A stretch of DNA of 64,000 bases from Octopus sinensis (taxonomy: Eukaryota), in contig NC_043006.1 of the NCBI RefSeq assembly GCF_006345805.1, positions 30,876,001 to 30,940,000 of the forward strand, read 5' to 3'. Both the position numbers and the translations under genes were made by a program. Every line of letters starts with the position of its first letter. The stretch's first letter is position 1. The notes beneath the pieces are model-generated. The model did not search any database, was not told where the DNA came from, and saw only the letters and a list, made by a program, of their open reading frames with translations. Below are positions 38,110-50,974 of the stretch, piece by piece.

Positions 38110-38540
38110 AGGCACAGGTGTGGCCGGGTGGTAAGGAGTTTGCCTCCCAACCACATGTTCTTGGGTTTGATCCTACTGCATGGCACCTTGGGCAAGTATC
38201 TTTCACTATAGCCTTGGGCCAAGCAAAGCCTTGAGAGTGGATTTGGTAAATGGAAACTGAAAGAAGCCTGTCATGTGTGTTTGTGTATATGTCTATGTGT
38301 GTGTGTGTGTCTGTGTCTCCGTTTGTCCCCCCCCCCCACCACTTGATAACTGTGTTGGTTTGGTTATGTCCTCATGACTTAGTGATTTGGCAAAAGAAAC
38401 TAATAGGATAAGTATCAGGCTTAAAAAGAAAAAAAAAGGAAGAAAATTACTGGAATTGATTCATTTGTCTAAAACTTCTCCAAGGTGGTGCCCCAGCTTG
38501 GCTGCAGTCTGATAACTGAAACAAGTAAAAAATATAAGAA
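38110..38540 (+). mobile_element. SINE family A, full length
   Basis: Head, body, microsatellite and tail all present. Confidence 0.85.
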
Positions 38541-39071
38541 TGGTGGATCCAAGGTTGTGGAGCAGAATGAATGAAGATCCATCAGAGTGACTTAGTTTTG
38601 ATATGTAGTCCAGAATGTCTTGTTGCAGAGTCACAGAGGTTGCTGCAAGAATTATGTTGAATTCTTTGGATCTGAAGCAAATTATGTCTCAGCCAGGGAT
38701 TCATACCAACTGTGTCACTCTCAGCCCCTTCCACCAACCTACCCATTATCTCCAAACTATTAACATGTTTGGAAAGCAATTTTGTTCAGTCACACAATTT
38801 TACAAAAAGATAATTACTAAATGATTTCTCATTTTTCTGCTTCTTTTACTGACTGGACACAGGTTTTTTTTTCTTTGTTTATGGCAGTTATATGTGACCT
38901 TTCATAGAAATGGTGCTGCTGCTTAGTAGAAAGAAATCCAACTTGTACAAGAGGCAGCGGCTATTACTCATTTGAAACACATGTCAATCATTGTCATGTA
39001 TACAGACCTGTGCATGTCATGTCTTCTTTTTCTAGGGTGGTAGTCATGGCTGAAGGGGTTGAGGACTCAGT

Positions 39072-39260
39072 TTAACCCTTTAGCATTCAGATTTAATACT
39101 TATGAATTCACTTTGTTTTAAATTAATCCCACATAACCTCATAGCCCTGAGATTTCAATGATGTGATTGTATATTTTTAGAATGACATTCTAGTGGTCAG
39201 ATCTTGACATTTTGAACATAAAACCGGTCGAATGACCGGCTGTGGCCAGTTTAAATGTGA
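39072..39260 (+). mobile_element. piggyBac-type MITE
   Basis: Starts TTAA-CCCTTTAGCATTCAG; homologous to 13580-13804; right end degenerate. Confidence 0.6.
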
Positions 39261-40051
39261 AACAATCAATATTTTACTTGATTTAGTTTCATACCTTTCA
39301 TATTTGAGATCAAATCTTACCAAAGTTAGTTTTGCTTTTCTTACTTCCAGCATTGCTAAAATCATTAGAAAAAACAAAATGGAACAAAACTGTCCCATGT
39401 CAAAATGAACTCTGATTCCCCCTCCCCCACCTCTCTTTTGACTGAACTACTAACAAAAGCATTTCAATCACGACCATCCCATTATGTTGATAATGAAAGT
39501 AAAATGAAATCTGATAGAAATTTGGCTGCTATCTCTATCAAGCAACCATGTAGAGATTTTCTTGTATGACATTCAGTAGAGATTTGACTGTGATTTCTGG
39601 CAGGTCAAGCTACAACCATGTAATGTTTGATTAGTGGAATGAAGCATAGCTGTTTAGTGTTGGTCCTTAAAAACGAGAAATCTCTGTCCATAGAAGTAGG
39701 CTTTTGTTGTGAAATATATCTCAGTTGAATGTGAGAAGTTTCCACACTTAGCAACTGTTTGTGCCATGATAGTGAGATAGGTGGAATGGAGAACTGGGGT
39801 TTGGGAGGAGTTTTGTGTGTTGGAAATAAAGTGGTCAGCAGGACTAGCAGCAGTAGATTCTGTAAATTTGTAGAGCTAGTCTTGGCAAAGAGCCAAAATG
39901 TTGTAATGTGTTGAAGTTATCAAAAAATAATCAAGTTTCCTGTATTGGGGTTTTTTTTTTTAGTATTTCAACTTTCCTTGTATTAATAAAGTTCTGCATG
40001 TGTATGCTGGGACCTATGAATTATATTTCTATATGCTGTGTGTGTGTGTGT

Positions 40052-40274
40052 TTTACCTTGTTTCAGTCATTAGACTGCGGCCATGCTGGGACACCACCTT
40101 GAAAAGTTGGTAGTCAAATGGTTTGACTCCAGGACTTTGTTTTTAATTATTTTTTAAAGCCTCGTACTTATCCTGTAGGTCTCTTTTACCAAACTGCAGA
40201 GTTACAGGGATGTAAACACACTAACACCAGTTATCAAGCAATGGTGGGACACATGCATACACAGACGTATGCAT

Positions 40275-40324
<50 letters not shown>

Positions 40325-40478
40325 GCATGTGCACACACGCACATACACACAATGGACTTCTTTCGGTTTGTTTTGCACATCCACTCACAAGGCTTTGGTT
40401 GGTCCCAAGCTATAGTAGAAGACACTTGCCCGTGGTGTCACACAATGGAACTGAACCCGGAATCATTTGGTTGGGAAG
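40052..40478 (-). mobile_element. SINE family A with an expanded (CA)n
   Basis: Reverse copy. Confidence 0.85.
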
Positions 40479-40759
40479 TAGGCAGTGGATTAGCAGAATT
40501 GGTAGAGCAGTAAACAAAATGCTTTGTAGTATTATTATGTGTCCATTACATTGTGAATTTAAATCCCTCAAAGTTAAAAAAATTGTTAACGCAGATTATG
40601 AAGCTAGATCTAACATGTATAAAATGAAAAGTAAATACAAACCTGACCCTGGGGCCCCTACAACATACTGACCAGTAACACTGAACCAGGGAAGACCTGG
40701 AAAGAAGTGATTCATTGTTTTTTCCATAAATTTTTTTAGTATTTTTTTAGGCCAATCAA

Positions 40760-41760
40760 ACAATATTGCCCATGATAAATATGCGGTAAAGTGGGGTTGG
40801 TTCCTGATGTCCCTGAATTCCAAAAGGTTCTTCTCTCAGTATTATACACCATTTAGTGAGTGCAGAAGGGGTCAGTCAGATTGGTGGAGCAAGGCAGAAA
40901 GCCCAGTTGCTACACGTGTGTTAGTAAAGGCTACTTAAGGGCATTCTGTCCAGAAGAAGATTAGAAAGAGGGGAGATGATATTGATGCAGCTGACAGCAA
41001 TCCAAGGTTCCTGGTGAAGGTGTGCGAGGAGGGTACCATGGGTGTTGCAAAGCAGATTTGCCTCTTAGAAGCAAGACAGATTTGCCTCATTCTTGGTGAC
41101 CCTAGCACTAGGGGCCAATGTGTTTAGGATACCAAAGAGTTGGGGGTCCTCCATCACAGAGCCATCTACAGGCACTAAGCAACAAGTTTCATCATATTGT
41201 ATTGCAATTATGGCAAGAGATGGTGGCTGGAGGAAGATCTAAGGAAGGAATTACAACCATGTTTCGTGGTCTGCTACCACAACAGCTCCTTTATAGGATC
41301 CAGTTAGCTCAATACATCATCAGGAGGAACCACGTCCGGTTTCGGCCCCTACTCCCTTGTTGTAGGCAACAAACAAAAGAAAGAAGAGGCAAAGAGAAAG
41401 AGTGAGCTGAGGATTAGAGACGAGTGGCAACAAGTACCAACAATGTCCTTTTGAGTACCTGAGTTTCATGGTTGTCTGAATTAGTAGCAAGAACCCTACA
41501 GACCTGCTGGATGACCTGAATGGTCTCAAAAGGAATAATTGAGGAGGAAGGAAGGAAGGAAAAAGTAGGAAAGATTAGGGATGATTGCATAGGGTACTAA
41601 AATGGTAGACAATTGTGAATGAAAACTATGGCAGTCATCGATCAGCAGCTAAAAGGACGCTGGGGGTCTTCTTATCGAAACTAAAACTGAAGGTGCTGAG
41701 GAAGTGATTGAAGCAGAAGATGACTAGGGTTGTGGGTTGTCCTTATCCTACTTTGAGGAC
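40760..41760 (+). mobile_element. Degenerate LINE ORF1 relic (Tx1/L1-like) with a zinc knuckle
   Basis: 40875-40960 encodes VRLVEQGRKPSCYTCVSKGYLRAFCPEE, which has exact C-x2-C-x4-(H to Y)-x4-C spacing. Confidence 0.5.
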
Positions 41761-41841
41761 AATTGCTCACTTTTTTGCCCTTGTTTGTTTTACTAAATTT
41801 TAAACCTATTTCAACCATCATCATCATCATCATCATTATTA

Positions 41842-42436
41842 AGGAGGCAAGCTTGCAGAATCATTAGCCCACTGGGCAAAATGCTTAGCAGTATTTTTCC
41901 CATCGCTACATTCTGAGTTCAAATTTTGTTGAGGTTGACTTTGCCTTTCATCCTTTCGGGGCCTATAAATTAAGTACCAGTGAAACACTGGGGTTGATGT
42001 AATTGACTGGTCTCCTCCCCCCCAAATTTCAGGCCTTGTGCCTTTAGTAGAAAGGATTATTATTATTATTCCACCAAGGTTGACTTGGCCTTTCATCCTT
42101 TCAGGGTCAATAAATTAAATAACAGTTGAGCACTGGGGTCAATGTAATTGATTTACCCTCTCCCCCAAACTTGCTGGCCTTGTGCCGAAATTTGAAACCA
42201 TTATTATTATTGTTGTTGTTGAAGGCAGTGAGCTGGCAGAATCATTAGTACACTAGATGAAATGCTTAGCTGTATTTTGCCTGTTGTTACATTCTGAGTT
42301 CAAATTCCGCTGAGGTTGACATTGCCTATCATCCTTTCAGGGCCAATAAATTAAGTACCAGTTGAGAACTGAGGTCGATGTAATTGATTTACCCCACTCC
42401 CCAAAATTGCTGGCCTTGTGCCAAAATTTGAAACCA
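41842..42436 (+). mobile_element. Tandem array of three SINE family B units
   Basis: Units at 41842-42056, 42075-42198 (5' truncated) and 42222-42436. Confidence 0.9.
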
Positions 42437-42829
42437 TTATTATTATTAATAATGTTATTTTATTATTTTTTTGCAGTGGTTTTACTGTGTGCTTTCACTG
42501 CATAATTGAGCCCAGCTCTGTGCACCTGGGGTAAGTACAGTGTTTTCATTTGTCTTTGTCCTTCTAGTTACTCTGTAGAATGTGTTGTGGTGCCCCTCTC
42601 TGTTTCATGAATATACAAGACCTGGAATCTTGCTTACATGTCTGTTTCTTTCTTTGTTAACTTTTCTATTCTTTCATTATAGTTGCTATTTACTTTCTGG
42701 ATATTTGTATTTTCACATCTTTAATATTTATCATATTTCACCACTTCCTCTTGGAGATATCGTCTCATCTGTTGAGATTAGTACTCTTTTATCAAGAAAC
42801 TTTTTTGTTTTCATGAGCCCTTAAGAATC

Positions 42830-43060
42830 ACCTTGGCTTTGTGAATGAAGGTGTGTAAAAGGAACCTAAGAATAAGGTCTTTCATTTCTCAGTCCTTGAA
42901 AACTGGATTATCTCAAAATATCACCACATTTGGCCAAGCTCTCATCAATTTCTTCAAATATCATTTGAAGAGGAAGTTGATGGTGGAGAGGGAGGTGCTG
43001 CCTTCTCGTGTGTTTATCAAGAACTGGATGAGAGTGCAAAACTGGTGGGGCTAAATAGAT
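42830..43060 (+). mobile_element. Possible Tx1/L1-like ORF2 C-terminal relic
   Basis: GQALINFFKYHLKRKLMVEREVLPSRVFIKNW resembles L1/Tx1 ORF2 ends; same strand as the ORF1 relic upstream. Recognised by eye only. Confidence 0.35.
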
Positions 43061-43352
43061 CTACTCCAATTAGATCTATTTCCTAAGTAGGAGGAAAGAA
43101 ACTGGAATATGGCACTTCTCGTTTTTTGTTGGGATTTACCCCAAATTACTCTAAGTGGACTGTTCTGTTATTGGGAGTTCAACATATTTATTAAATATTT
43201 CTCTAATTTTTATTTATATATCCTTTTGTTATCTTCTTTAATGCTGTAGTGTCTTTCCTTGATTGATATAAACCTCACCTATTTTTATGTGTTGTATCTT
43301 GTCCTTTGATATTGTCCTCTATATCTTGGGCCCTTGCGGCCGATAGAAGAAA

Positions 43353-45152
43353 TTGTTGTTGTTATTGTTTTACTTCTCAGAATGTTCGGTCTTGTTTGTT
43401 CTGGTAGATTCTGTGAGAGCAGACAATAGCCTGCTGTCAGAGGCCTCACAGGGTCTCTTTCTGCACATTATAGGCTTTGATACTTGGTTTTTAATTATTG
43501 TGGGAGACATTCAACATCCAAGTACCAATCTCAAAATCCTAGCTGTCCCTAACAGAGCAGTTTTTTGGGGCTTGCTCTTCTCTCATGTCAATTCCAATTT
43601 CTTTGACATATTTTTCAAACTTGGTTCCTAGTGCTCCGAGTGTCCCCACAAAAACTGGAATGACAGACACTTTCCTCATAGTCCACATTCTTGCAATTTC
43701 GTCTTTTAGTATTCTCTGTACTTTTCAATCTTTTCTAGTTCTTTGTCATTTAGGCATGCATCTCCAGGTATTGCAATCTCTATGATTTTGTCTTCCTTTT
43801 TTCCTTTATCTACCACAACAATATCTCGTCTCTGAGCCTTGATTAGGGAGTCATATTGGATTGTAAAATCCCACAGAATCTTATGTTCCCTGTCTTGGTG
43901 ACTTTTGGATCATGTTCGTACCATTTTCAAGCTCTGTTCAGACTGCACTTTTCACATAGCCTCCAGTGGTGGAACTTAGCCACGTTATCATACCTCCTTT
44001 TGTAGTACTTTTGGGCCAAAGGGGTGATTGCTATTCTCATCTATTTGGAACTTGGTGTAATTAGTTCTCAAAGATTGTTCCTGGGCTCTGCATGTCAATG
44101 TTTCAGTGCATCCTTTCAGATCACTTTTTCTTAACCATCTCCAAGTATTGATCTTGTCTTTTCCTTCAATTTCTCTGAGGTATTGCCCATGCAGTGGTTT
44201 CATTTTCCAGATGTTTACTCTTTCTTCATTTTGTTTCTTAAATGTTTGAGGGTGCATTACATTTTCGGTAGGCATTATATTGTTAATTCTAACAGCGGCA
44301 AGCAAAGATTCACCCTGCTGTTTGATGTACCATCCCAGACTGTTCTTCCCGTTGACAACGCAGATCTTGCATCCCATGTGACCTCTTTCACCCCTCTTTC
44401 TAGACACATACAGTCTGTCAGTATCACTTTTGGGGTGTAGTTCCTTGTTCATTGTCATTACTTTTCTAGTTTACCTGTCCATTTCCTCAAGCTTGTTCTT
44501 TGTCCACCTAACAATACCTGCGTCATATTGCATTAAAGAAACAGCCCATGTGTTCATTGCTCTGATTCTGTTTTATTCCATTGAGTCTACTTCCTATAAT
44601 AAACTTGGTTCAGGTGGCGAGCTGGCAGAAACGTTAGCACACCGGGCGAAATGCTTTGCGGTATTTCGTCTGCCGCTACGTTCTGGGTTCAAATTCCGCC
44701 GAGGTCGACTTTGCCTTTCATCCTTTTGGGGTCGATTAAATAAGTACCAGTTATGCACTGGGGTCGATGTAATCGACTTACTCCGTTTGTCTGTCCTTGT
44801 TTGTCCCTTCTGTGTGTAGCCCCTTGTGGGTAGTAAAGAAATATATAATAAACTTGGTTCTTCTGAGATATTCTCACCTAAATCTTACCTTCATTTCACT
44901 TTCCTTGATTTTGTTGTATTCTAAAATCCCCAGATATTTATATCCATTAGTCTCAATATCCTTGTTTTTCTTGCCGTTGAGTAGCTCTACACCATCCGAC
45001 GACTCTACTTTGCCTCCTTGTATTATAAGCATACCACACTTTTGAGTCCCAAATTCCATTCTGATGTCTTCACTGAATATCTGCACTGTTGAAACTAGGC
45101 CATTTATGTCATTTTTTGTCTTTCCAAAGATCTTTAAATCATTCATATATAA
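43353..45152 (-). mobile_element. R4/Dong-clade non-LTR retrotransposon fragment (RT C-terminal part plus restriction-like endonuclease), pseudogenised and split by a SINE
   Basis: LLYMNDLKIF (YMDD to YMND), MEFGTQKC, YKYLGILE, HPKSDTDRLYVSRKRG, LHGQYLR, AQEQSLRTNY, HKILWDFTIQ, DIVVVDK, IEIAIPGD, TALLGTARILR; (AAC/AAT)n tail at about 43353-43370. Confidence 0.9.
44612..44843 (+). mobile_element. Young full-length SINE family B with a 17-bp target-site duplication
   Basis: TATAATAAACTTGGTTC at 44595-44611 and 44844-44860; CpGs intact. Confidence 0.95.
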
Positions 45153-45259
45153 CAAGTTGTTGTTGTTATTATTATTCTGTGAAATATTTTGTTACATTAT
45201 ATGTACTTCTGTATTATTTTTATCACAATCCTTTAATATTGACATTAAAGAAGCTTTTC

Positions 45260-45290
<31 letters not shown>

Positions 45291-46017
45291 GTAGTTGCTG
45301 AAACAAAATATGAATTAAGATCCAGCTAAAGTGCATAAAATATTTAAGAGGGTGGAAAAGTAAAAACAAAAATGAGTTTAAAGCTAAACTAAAACAATAG
45401 AAATAAAATGTGTGGTTGTAATAAAAGAAGGATTGTTCTTTTTGTTGGTTGTTTTGGCGATATTAATTTTTTTTCTATTTTATTTACCGCCCCCTTCCCT
45501 AACTTCCTATTTGTGAATTACCATTCTCAGCCCTGTCATGTTTATGATAATTCTCAATAATAATAATTTCTGAAATCAACTTGAAGAATAACAACAATTA
45601 TTTTCTTCAATTTTTTTTTCCTCGCCCTCTGCTGCTGCAATTTCTAAGCAGCCCCTTTTTTTTTTATTTTTCTTGCCTGCTTTCAATCCCTACCCAAGGC
45701 AAGGCTCAGTCTGCTGTGGCTATGTGCAGTGTTTTTTTCTTGTTTTATTTTGTGTATATTTGTAAGTCCTGGGCTTTGCTTAATATATTTGTCTTCCTGT
45801 TCATTAATCATTCCCAAGACACCTATTATCAAAGAGATTGTTTGTTTCCATTTCCCTCTTCCTCCAATTCATTTCCAGATCTTTTTATTTGGACAATTTA
45901 CCAATTTCTACGTTGCTGTTTGAGATTCATTATCATCTTTTTGGGAACCATAGTTTAATTTGCAGGCCCTTTCTTACTCCCTTGACCCTTAACAAAATAC
46001 TCCAGCAAATTAACCTT

Positions 46018-46154
46018 CATTATTTACATTTGACGGATATTTGTCCTCATCTTGTTTGTTGTTAACACGTTTTGGCTGATATACCCTCCAGCCTTCATCA
46101 GGTATCTTGGGGGAAATTTCGAACCTGGGTTCTTATTCCTAAGGTATTTTTTGA

Positions 46155-46192
<38 letters not shown>

Positions 46193-46486
46193 TCAATGCC
46201 TGGAATCGAACTTGGAATCTTAGGGTTAGTAGTCCGCGCTCTTAGCCACTACACCATACACCCATGGGCATATGGTGTAGTGGTTCTGAGTTTGATTCCA
46301 GGCATAATAATAATAATAACATTGAAAAATACCTTAGGAATGAGAACCCAGGTTTGAAATTTCCCCAAGACACCTGATGAATGCTGGAGGGTATATCAGC
46401 CGAAACGTGTTAACAACAAAGTTGAGGACAAATATCTGTCAAATGTAAATAATGTACATAATTCCTCATCTCTTAAATATAGAACT
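46018..46486. mobile_element. Head-to-head palindromic element: tRNA-like head, (AAT)n, hammerhead-like core and fixed tail; 14-bp TSD
   Basis: Arms 46018-46263 (-) and 46266-46486 (+); A-box TGGTGTAGTGG; B-box GTTCGATTCC (46202-46211, minus); CTGATGA at 46374-46380 and GAAA at 46402-46405; flanks AAATTAACCTTCAT / AAATTAATCTTCAT. Confidence 0.9.
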
Positions 46487-46848
46487 AAATTAATCTTCAT
46501 CTCCTGGTTTGTGTGGATTGTCCTATGCTAGAGGACGGTCACTCTACAGTCTCCAAAGACATTTCTGGTCTATCTTTAGACTCCCTCTTTTCAGTTGAAC
46601 TTGACATAACTTTCAGTGTATGAAGTCAGGTGGGATTGATAACAGCATTGGCATGGTTGGATTGCCTTTGATCAACTGTCAGCTTGGTCAGAACCAACTG
46701 GAGGCTGAACAACAACATGAGCTGTCTGTCTTTCTTACACATCGATTCATCCCCTCTTTCTGTGCCATTCGCAAATGCATACATATACTATCTCACACAC
46801 ATGTGCACACACTGTCTGACATAGACCTACTGTCTCTTTGTCTTCTCT

Positions 46849-46886
<38 letters not shown>

Positions 46887-47595
46887 GTGCATGTGTGTGT
46901 GTGTGTGAGTATATATATCTTTATGTTTGAGTGTATCTCTGTCTATGTTTGTGTGTATATGTTTAGCTGTTTGTTAGTCTTTTGAGTATTTTTCTTTCTC
47001 TCCGTTTGTTTCGGTGAATCTCTCTTTCTCTCTCTCCCCCACTTCATACACACAGCTCTAATCAAGAAGATCCAGCTTCTGTAGTTCTAATGTGTCTACC
47101 TGTGCTGTGTGAATTTAAAATAACAAATATGCAAATCAAAAGGAAGTCTTTAACTCGGCAAGTGTTAAATTGACACATGCACTAAATCTGCACTTAATTA
47201 ACCTTTTAGGGTTACTGAGTGTGGTGTTGGATGTGAATGTTGTGCATGTGTGAATGCATGTATGCAACTACTTGTATATATGTGTACACACACATGCACA
47301 CATGTGGGTACACATGGAGCACACTTGAGTAGAAATACATACAGACTCTTAAACAGAGGCTTACATATGACACATAGGTAGACAGATAGGCACAAAGGTT
47401 GACAGATAAATACCAATGGACATACAGACAGTTATGGTCTCACTGACATTCAGACATAAAAGCAGTGACACTTATAGACACACATGCGACAAACAAACAG
47501 ACATGGGCATAGAGACATATTGGACACATAACCATTCACATGAACACACACGCACATGCATGATAAGTTGACAGACAAGAGCATAGAGATCAGTT

Positions 47596-47800
47596 GACAT
47601 GAGACATACTGGATAACAGATTTTGGCATACAGGAAGACCAGATTTTGACATACAGGATGACAGATTTTGATATACAGGATGACTGACGTTGACATACAA
47701 ACTGACTGACATTGACATACAAGCTGACTGACATTGACATACAAGCTGATTGGCATTGACATATAAGTTGACTGACATTGGCATACAAGCTGACAGATGT
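47596..47800. repeat. 22-bp minisatellite (TGACATACAAGCTGACTGACAT), about 9 degenerate copies
   Basis: Direct repetition visible. Confidence 0.8.
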
Positions 47801-47924
47801 TGTCATATGGACACAAGCAGTCACATGAATACCTAAGCAGATAGATTTATGGATATTCAGGCAGACATTCAGATATGCAGCCATGTGAGTGGGTAGACAA
47901 AGAAACAAAACTATACCTCTGGTG

Positions 47925-48228
47925 GTCATGATGACAAGGGTTCCAGTTAATTTGATCAATGGATCAGCCTGTTCAGGAAATTTAACGTGCAAGTGGCTGA
48001 TACTCCATAGACATGTCTACCCTTAATATTGTTCTGAGGGAGATTCAGTGTGACACAGAATGTGATGAGGCTGTCCCTTTGAAGTACTCATTTCTGCCAG
48101 GTGAGTGGACTGGAGTAATGGGAAATAAAGCGTCTTCTTGCTCAACGACATAATCCTATGCTAAGTATCACACTCATGATCTTATGATCATCAGCCAAAT
48201 AACCTAACCACTCAGCCATGCACCTTCA
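47925..48228 (-). mobile_element. SINE family D (distinct tRNA-headed SINE)
   Basis: Minus strand begins AGGTGCATGGCTGAGTGGTTAGG (A-box), then GTCGTTGAGCAAG...CTCCAGTCCACTCA, a typical SINE central domain. Confidence 0.6.
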
Positions 48229-48289
48229 CCGCATACAGACGAGCAGTGAAATAACTGGAAATAAAGTTTGGATAAACAGACGCAATATT

Positions 48290-48720
48290 GGCTTCAAATT
48301 TTGGCACAAGGCTAGCAATTGTGGGGGAGGTGGGGTTGGGGTTAAGTTGATTACATCAGCCCCATTATATGACTGGTACTTATTTTATCTACCCTGAAAA
48401 GATGAAAAGTAAAGTGAGCTGTGGTGGAATTTGAAATGTTAAGCATTTTGCCTGGTATGCTAATGATTCTGCCAGCAAACTGCCTCAAGACTATTCAGTA
48501 TTATTAGTTTCCAATTTTGGCACAAGGCCAGCATTTTTGGAGGCAGCGGAGTAAATTGATCCCATTGACCCCAGTATTCAACTGGTACTTGCTTTATTGA
48601 CCCTGAGAGGATGAAAGGCAAAATCAACTGCAGTGAAATTTGAACTCAGAACATGAAGACAACTAAAATACTGCTAAGCATTTAGCACAGTCTGCTAATA
48701 ACCACGTCTGTTCACTGCTT
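48290..48720 (-). mobile_element. Two SINE family B copies
   Basis: tttggcacaaggc ... gatgaaaggcaaa ... tttgaactcagaac. Confidence 0.8.
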
Positions 48721-48959
48721 TAAACAGACACAAAATTTTAGAAGAAAATATTGGAATTTGAAAAACAGAAACCAATTTTAAAAAGGATAATGAGAAACTG
48801 TTTAATTTCTGGTTAATTAGTTGACAGGAGATATGGAGGAGATAGGGTTGGAAGTGGATGGTTCCAATTTTTCATTGGAGACAAGTTAAAGAATTTGTTT
48901 TTATGTTTTTTTTGTTTTCTAATCTTGTTTCCCATTTCTGTAGTGGTGTTCATCTTTTA

Positions 48960-49447
48960 TCTTTTGGCCTTTACTCGTTTCAGTCGTTAGACCACAGCCA
49001 TGCTGGGGCACTGCCTTGAAGGATCTTTGGTCGAATGGACTGACCCCAGTACTTTCTTTTAAAGCAGTGTACTTATTCTGTCAGTCCCTTTTGCAGAACT
49101 GCTAAGTTATGAAATGTAAAGACATCAACATCAGTTATCAAGTGGTGGTGATGGGGGGACAAACACACACACACACGCACGCACACACACATGCACACCC
49201 ACACGCACACACACGCACACACACACACACACACACGCACACACGCACACACACACACACACACCACACACACACACACACACACACTTGGGATGGGTTT
49301 CTTTCAGTTTCTGTCTACCAAAATCCATTCATAAATCTTTGGCTGGCTTGAGGCTATAGTAGAAGACACTTACCCATGGTACCACACTGTGGGACTGAAC
49401 CCTAAAGCATGTGGTTGGCAAGCAAGCTTCTTACCACACAACCACGT
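48960..49447 (-). mobile_element. SINE family A with a long imperfect (CA)n
   Basis: Reverse copy. Confidence 0.85.
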
Positions 49448-50974
49448 TTACACCCCATTCTTAGCCTTTTCTTTTTAACAGTCAATGGTGATGGTGTTGG
49501 TAGTAAGAGTGTAGCGGTGTGGGGGGATGAATGTTGTTTTAGTGGTGGTTGGGGGAGTGGGGACAAAGGTGTGGTGGTGGTGAATATGAGAATTCTTCAA
49601 AGATTATTAGTGGCTGAGGAAACTTCCTTTGTTTCATTTAGATTTTTGGGTTTTCTTCATATTTTGTGGTTCTATCTGTGTGTGTGTGTATGTGTGTGTG
49701 TGAGAGAGAGAGAGATATGAATATGTTATTAAGTGGATATGTGTATTTGTTGGTGGTGTGGTCCACATGTGGAGTGTGTGAGAGACTGTTTATGTTCATA
49801 CATGAAACTGTGTGAATGTGCGTTTGTGTGTGTGTGTGTGTGTGACTGTATGAGAAGATGTGTGTGTTTTATGATGTGTTAATGTCTGTAATTAACTACC
49901 TGTCCTCTCTTAGTGATTAATGATACTGCCAAACAAAAACCAAAAAAAAAAAAAATGTTAAAATAATAAAATCAAACAAACAATCAACTAATCAACTGTT
50001 TTCTTCCAGAACTGTGAATTGAATTGGAAGCCTGGCAACTGTTTCCTCTTGGTGACAATATGTGGATATATGGATGTGTAGCTATATACACACACACATT
50101 GTTATAGTGTCTCTGTTGTTTGTCTGTGTGTCTATATAGACGTATGGAAGGACTTTTTAACGAGTGTGTGTGTTTCTGTGCTGAAGAAAAATATTCTCTA
50201 TAAGTAGGAGTGGAGGAGGCGATGGTGGTGGTGGTAGTGATGGTGGCAATGGTGGTTTGATATTTGATTTGTGGAAAGGTGCTGAGGTGGATTTAATAAG
50301 GTGTTTGTTTAATTAATGCTGGGTTATTGAGTGTTCGTTAAGTAAAGATACATTTATTACACTTGATTTGAAATCTGTGCTTGGAATGGTAAAGCACAGA
50401 GAAAGATAACGCAAGAATTACTTGCAAAATGTGAACTTTATTTTGGAAATGAAACTGAAGAGATTGGAATTTTGAAGCAGAACAAAAGATTTTATAATAT
50501 TTTTGGTGTCTTGTAATAATTCAAATTCCAAGCCATTAAAGAATCAATGATGATGGCTACTACAAACCAAAAAATCTGCCAATTAACTGTCTTGAAGTAA
50601 TTGATTCTAATTTAAAAACAAAGCGAACAATTTTTGAGAGGAGGGGAACAGTTTATTACATGGATCCCAGTATGTGACCCAAAAATGTCAAAAGGCAAAT
50701 TTTCTCTCAAGTGGTTGTGGGGGAAGCTTCAGTTCATTGTTCTTGTATACAAGTTGTATGAAAATCCTCTTGAAATGGTTATTCAATGATGCTTTTCTCA
50801 ATGGCTTTTTCAAAGTGGATGGTTTACAATTAAAACCGGATTATCTTCATCCTGGTTGCTTATGAGTTGGTTTTAGTTTGGAATTAGTGTGACAGCCAGT
50901 TTTCCTGATGGTGGTTTTTGATATTGTCTCTATGTTTTACTAATGAGGTATTTACAAATAATTATGTATTTTCA

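Noticed and set aside
47450-47992. 180-aa Cys-rich ORF
   Set aside because: Translation of a 22-bp minisatellite and TG-rich sequence.
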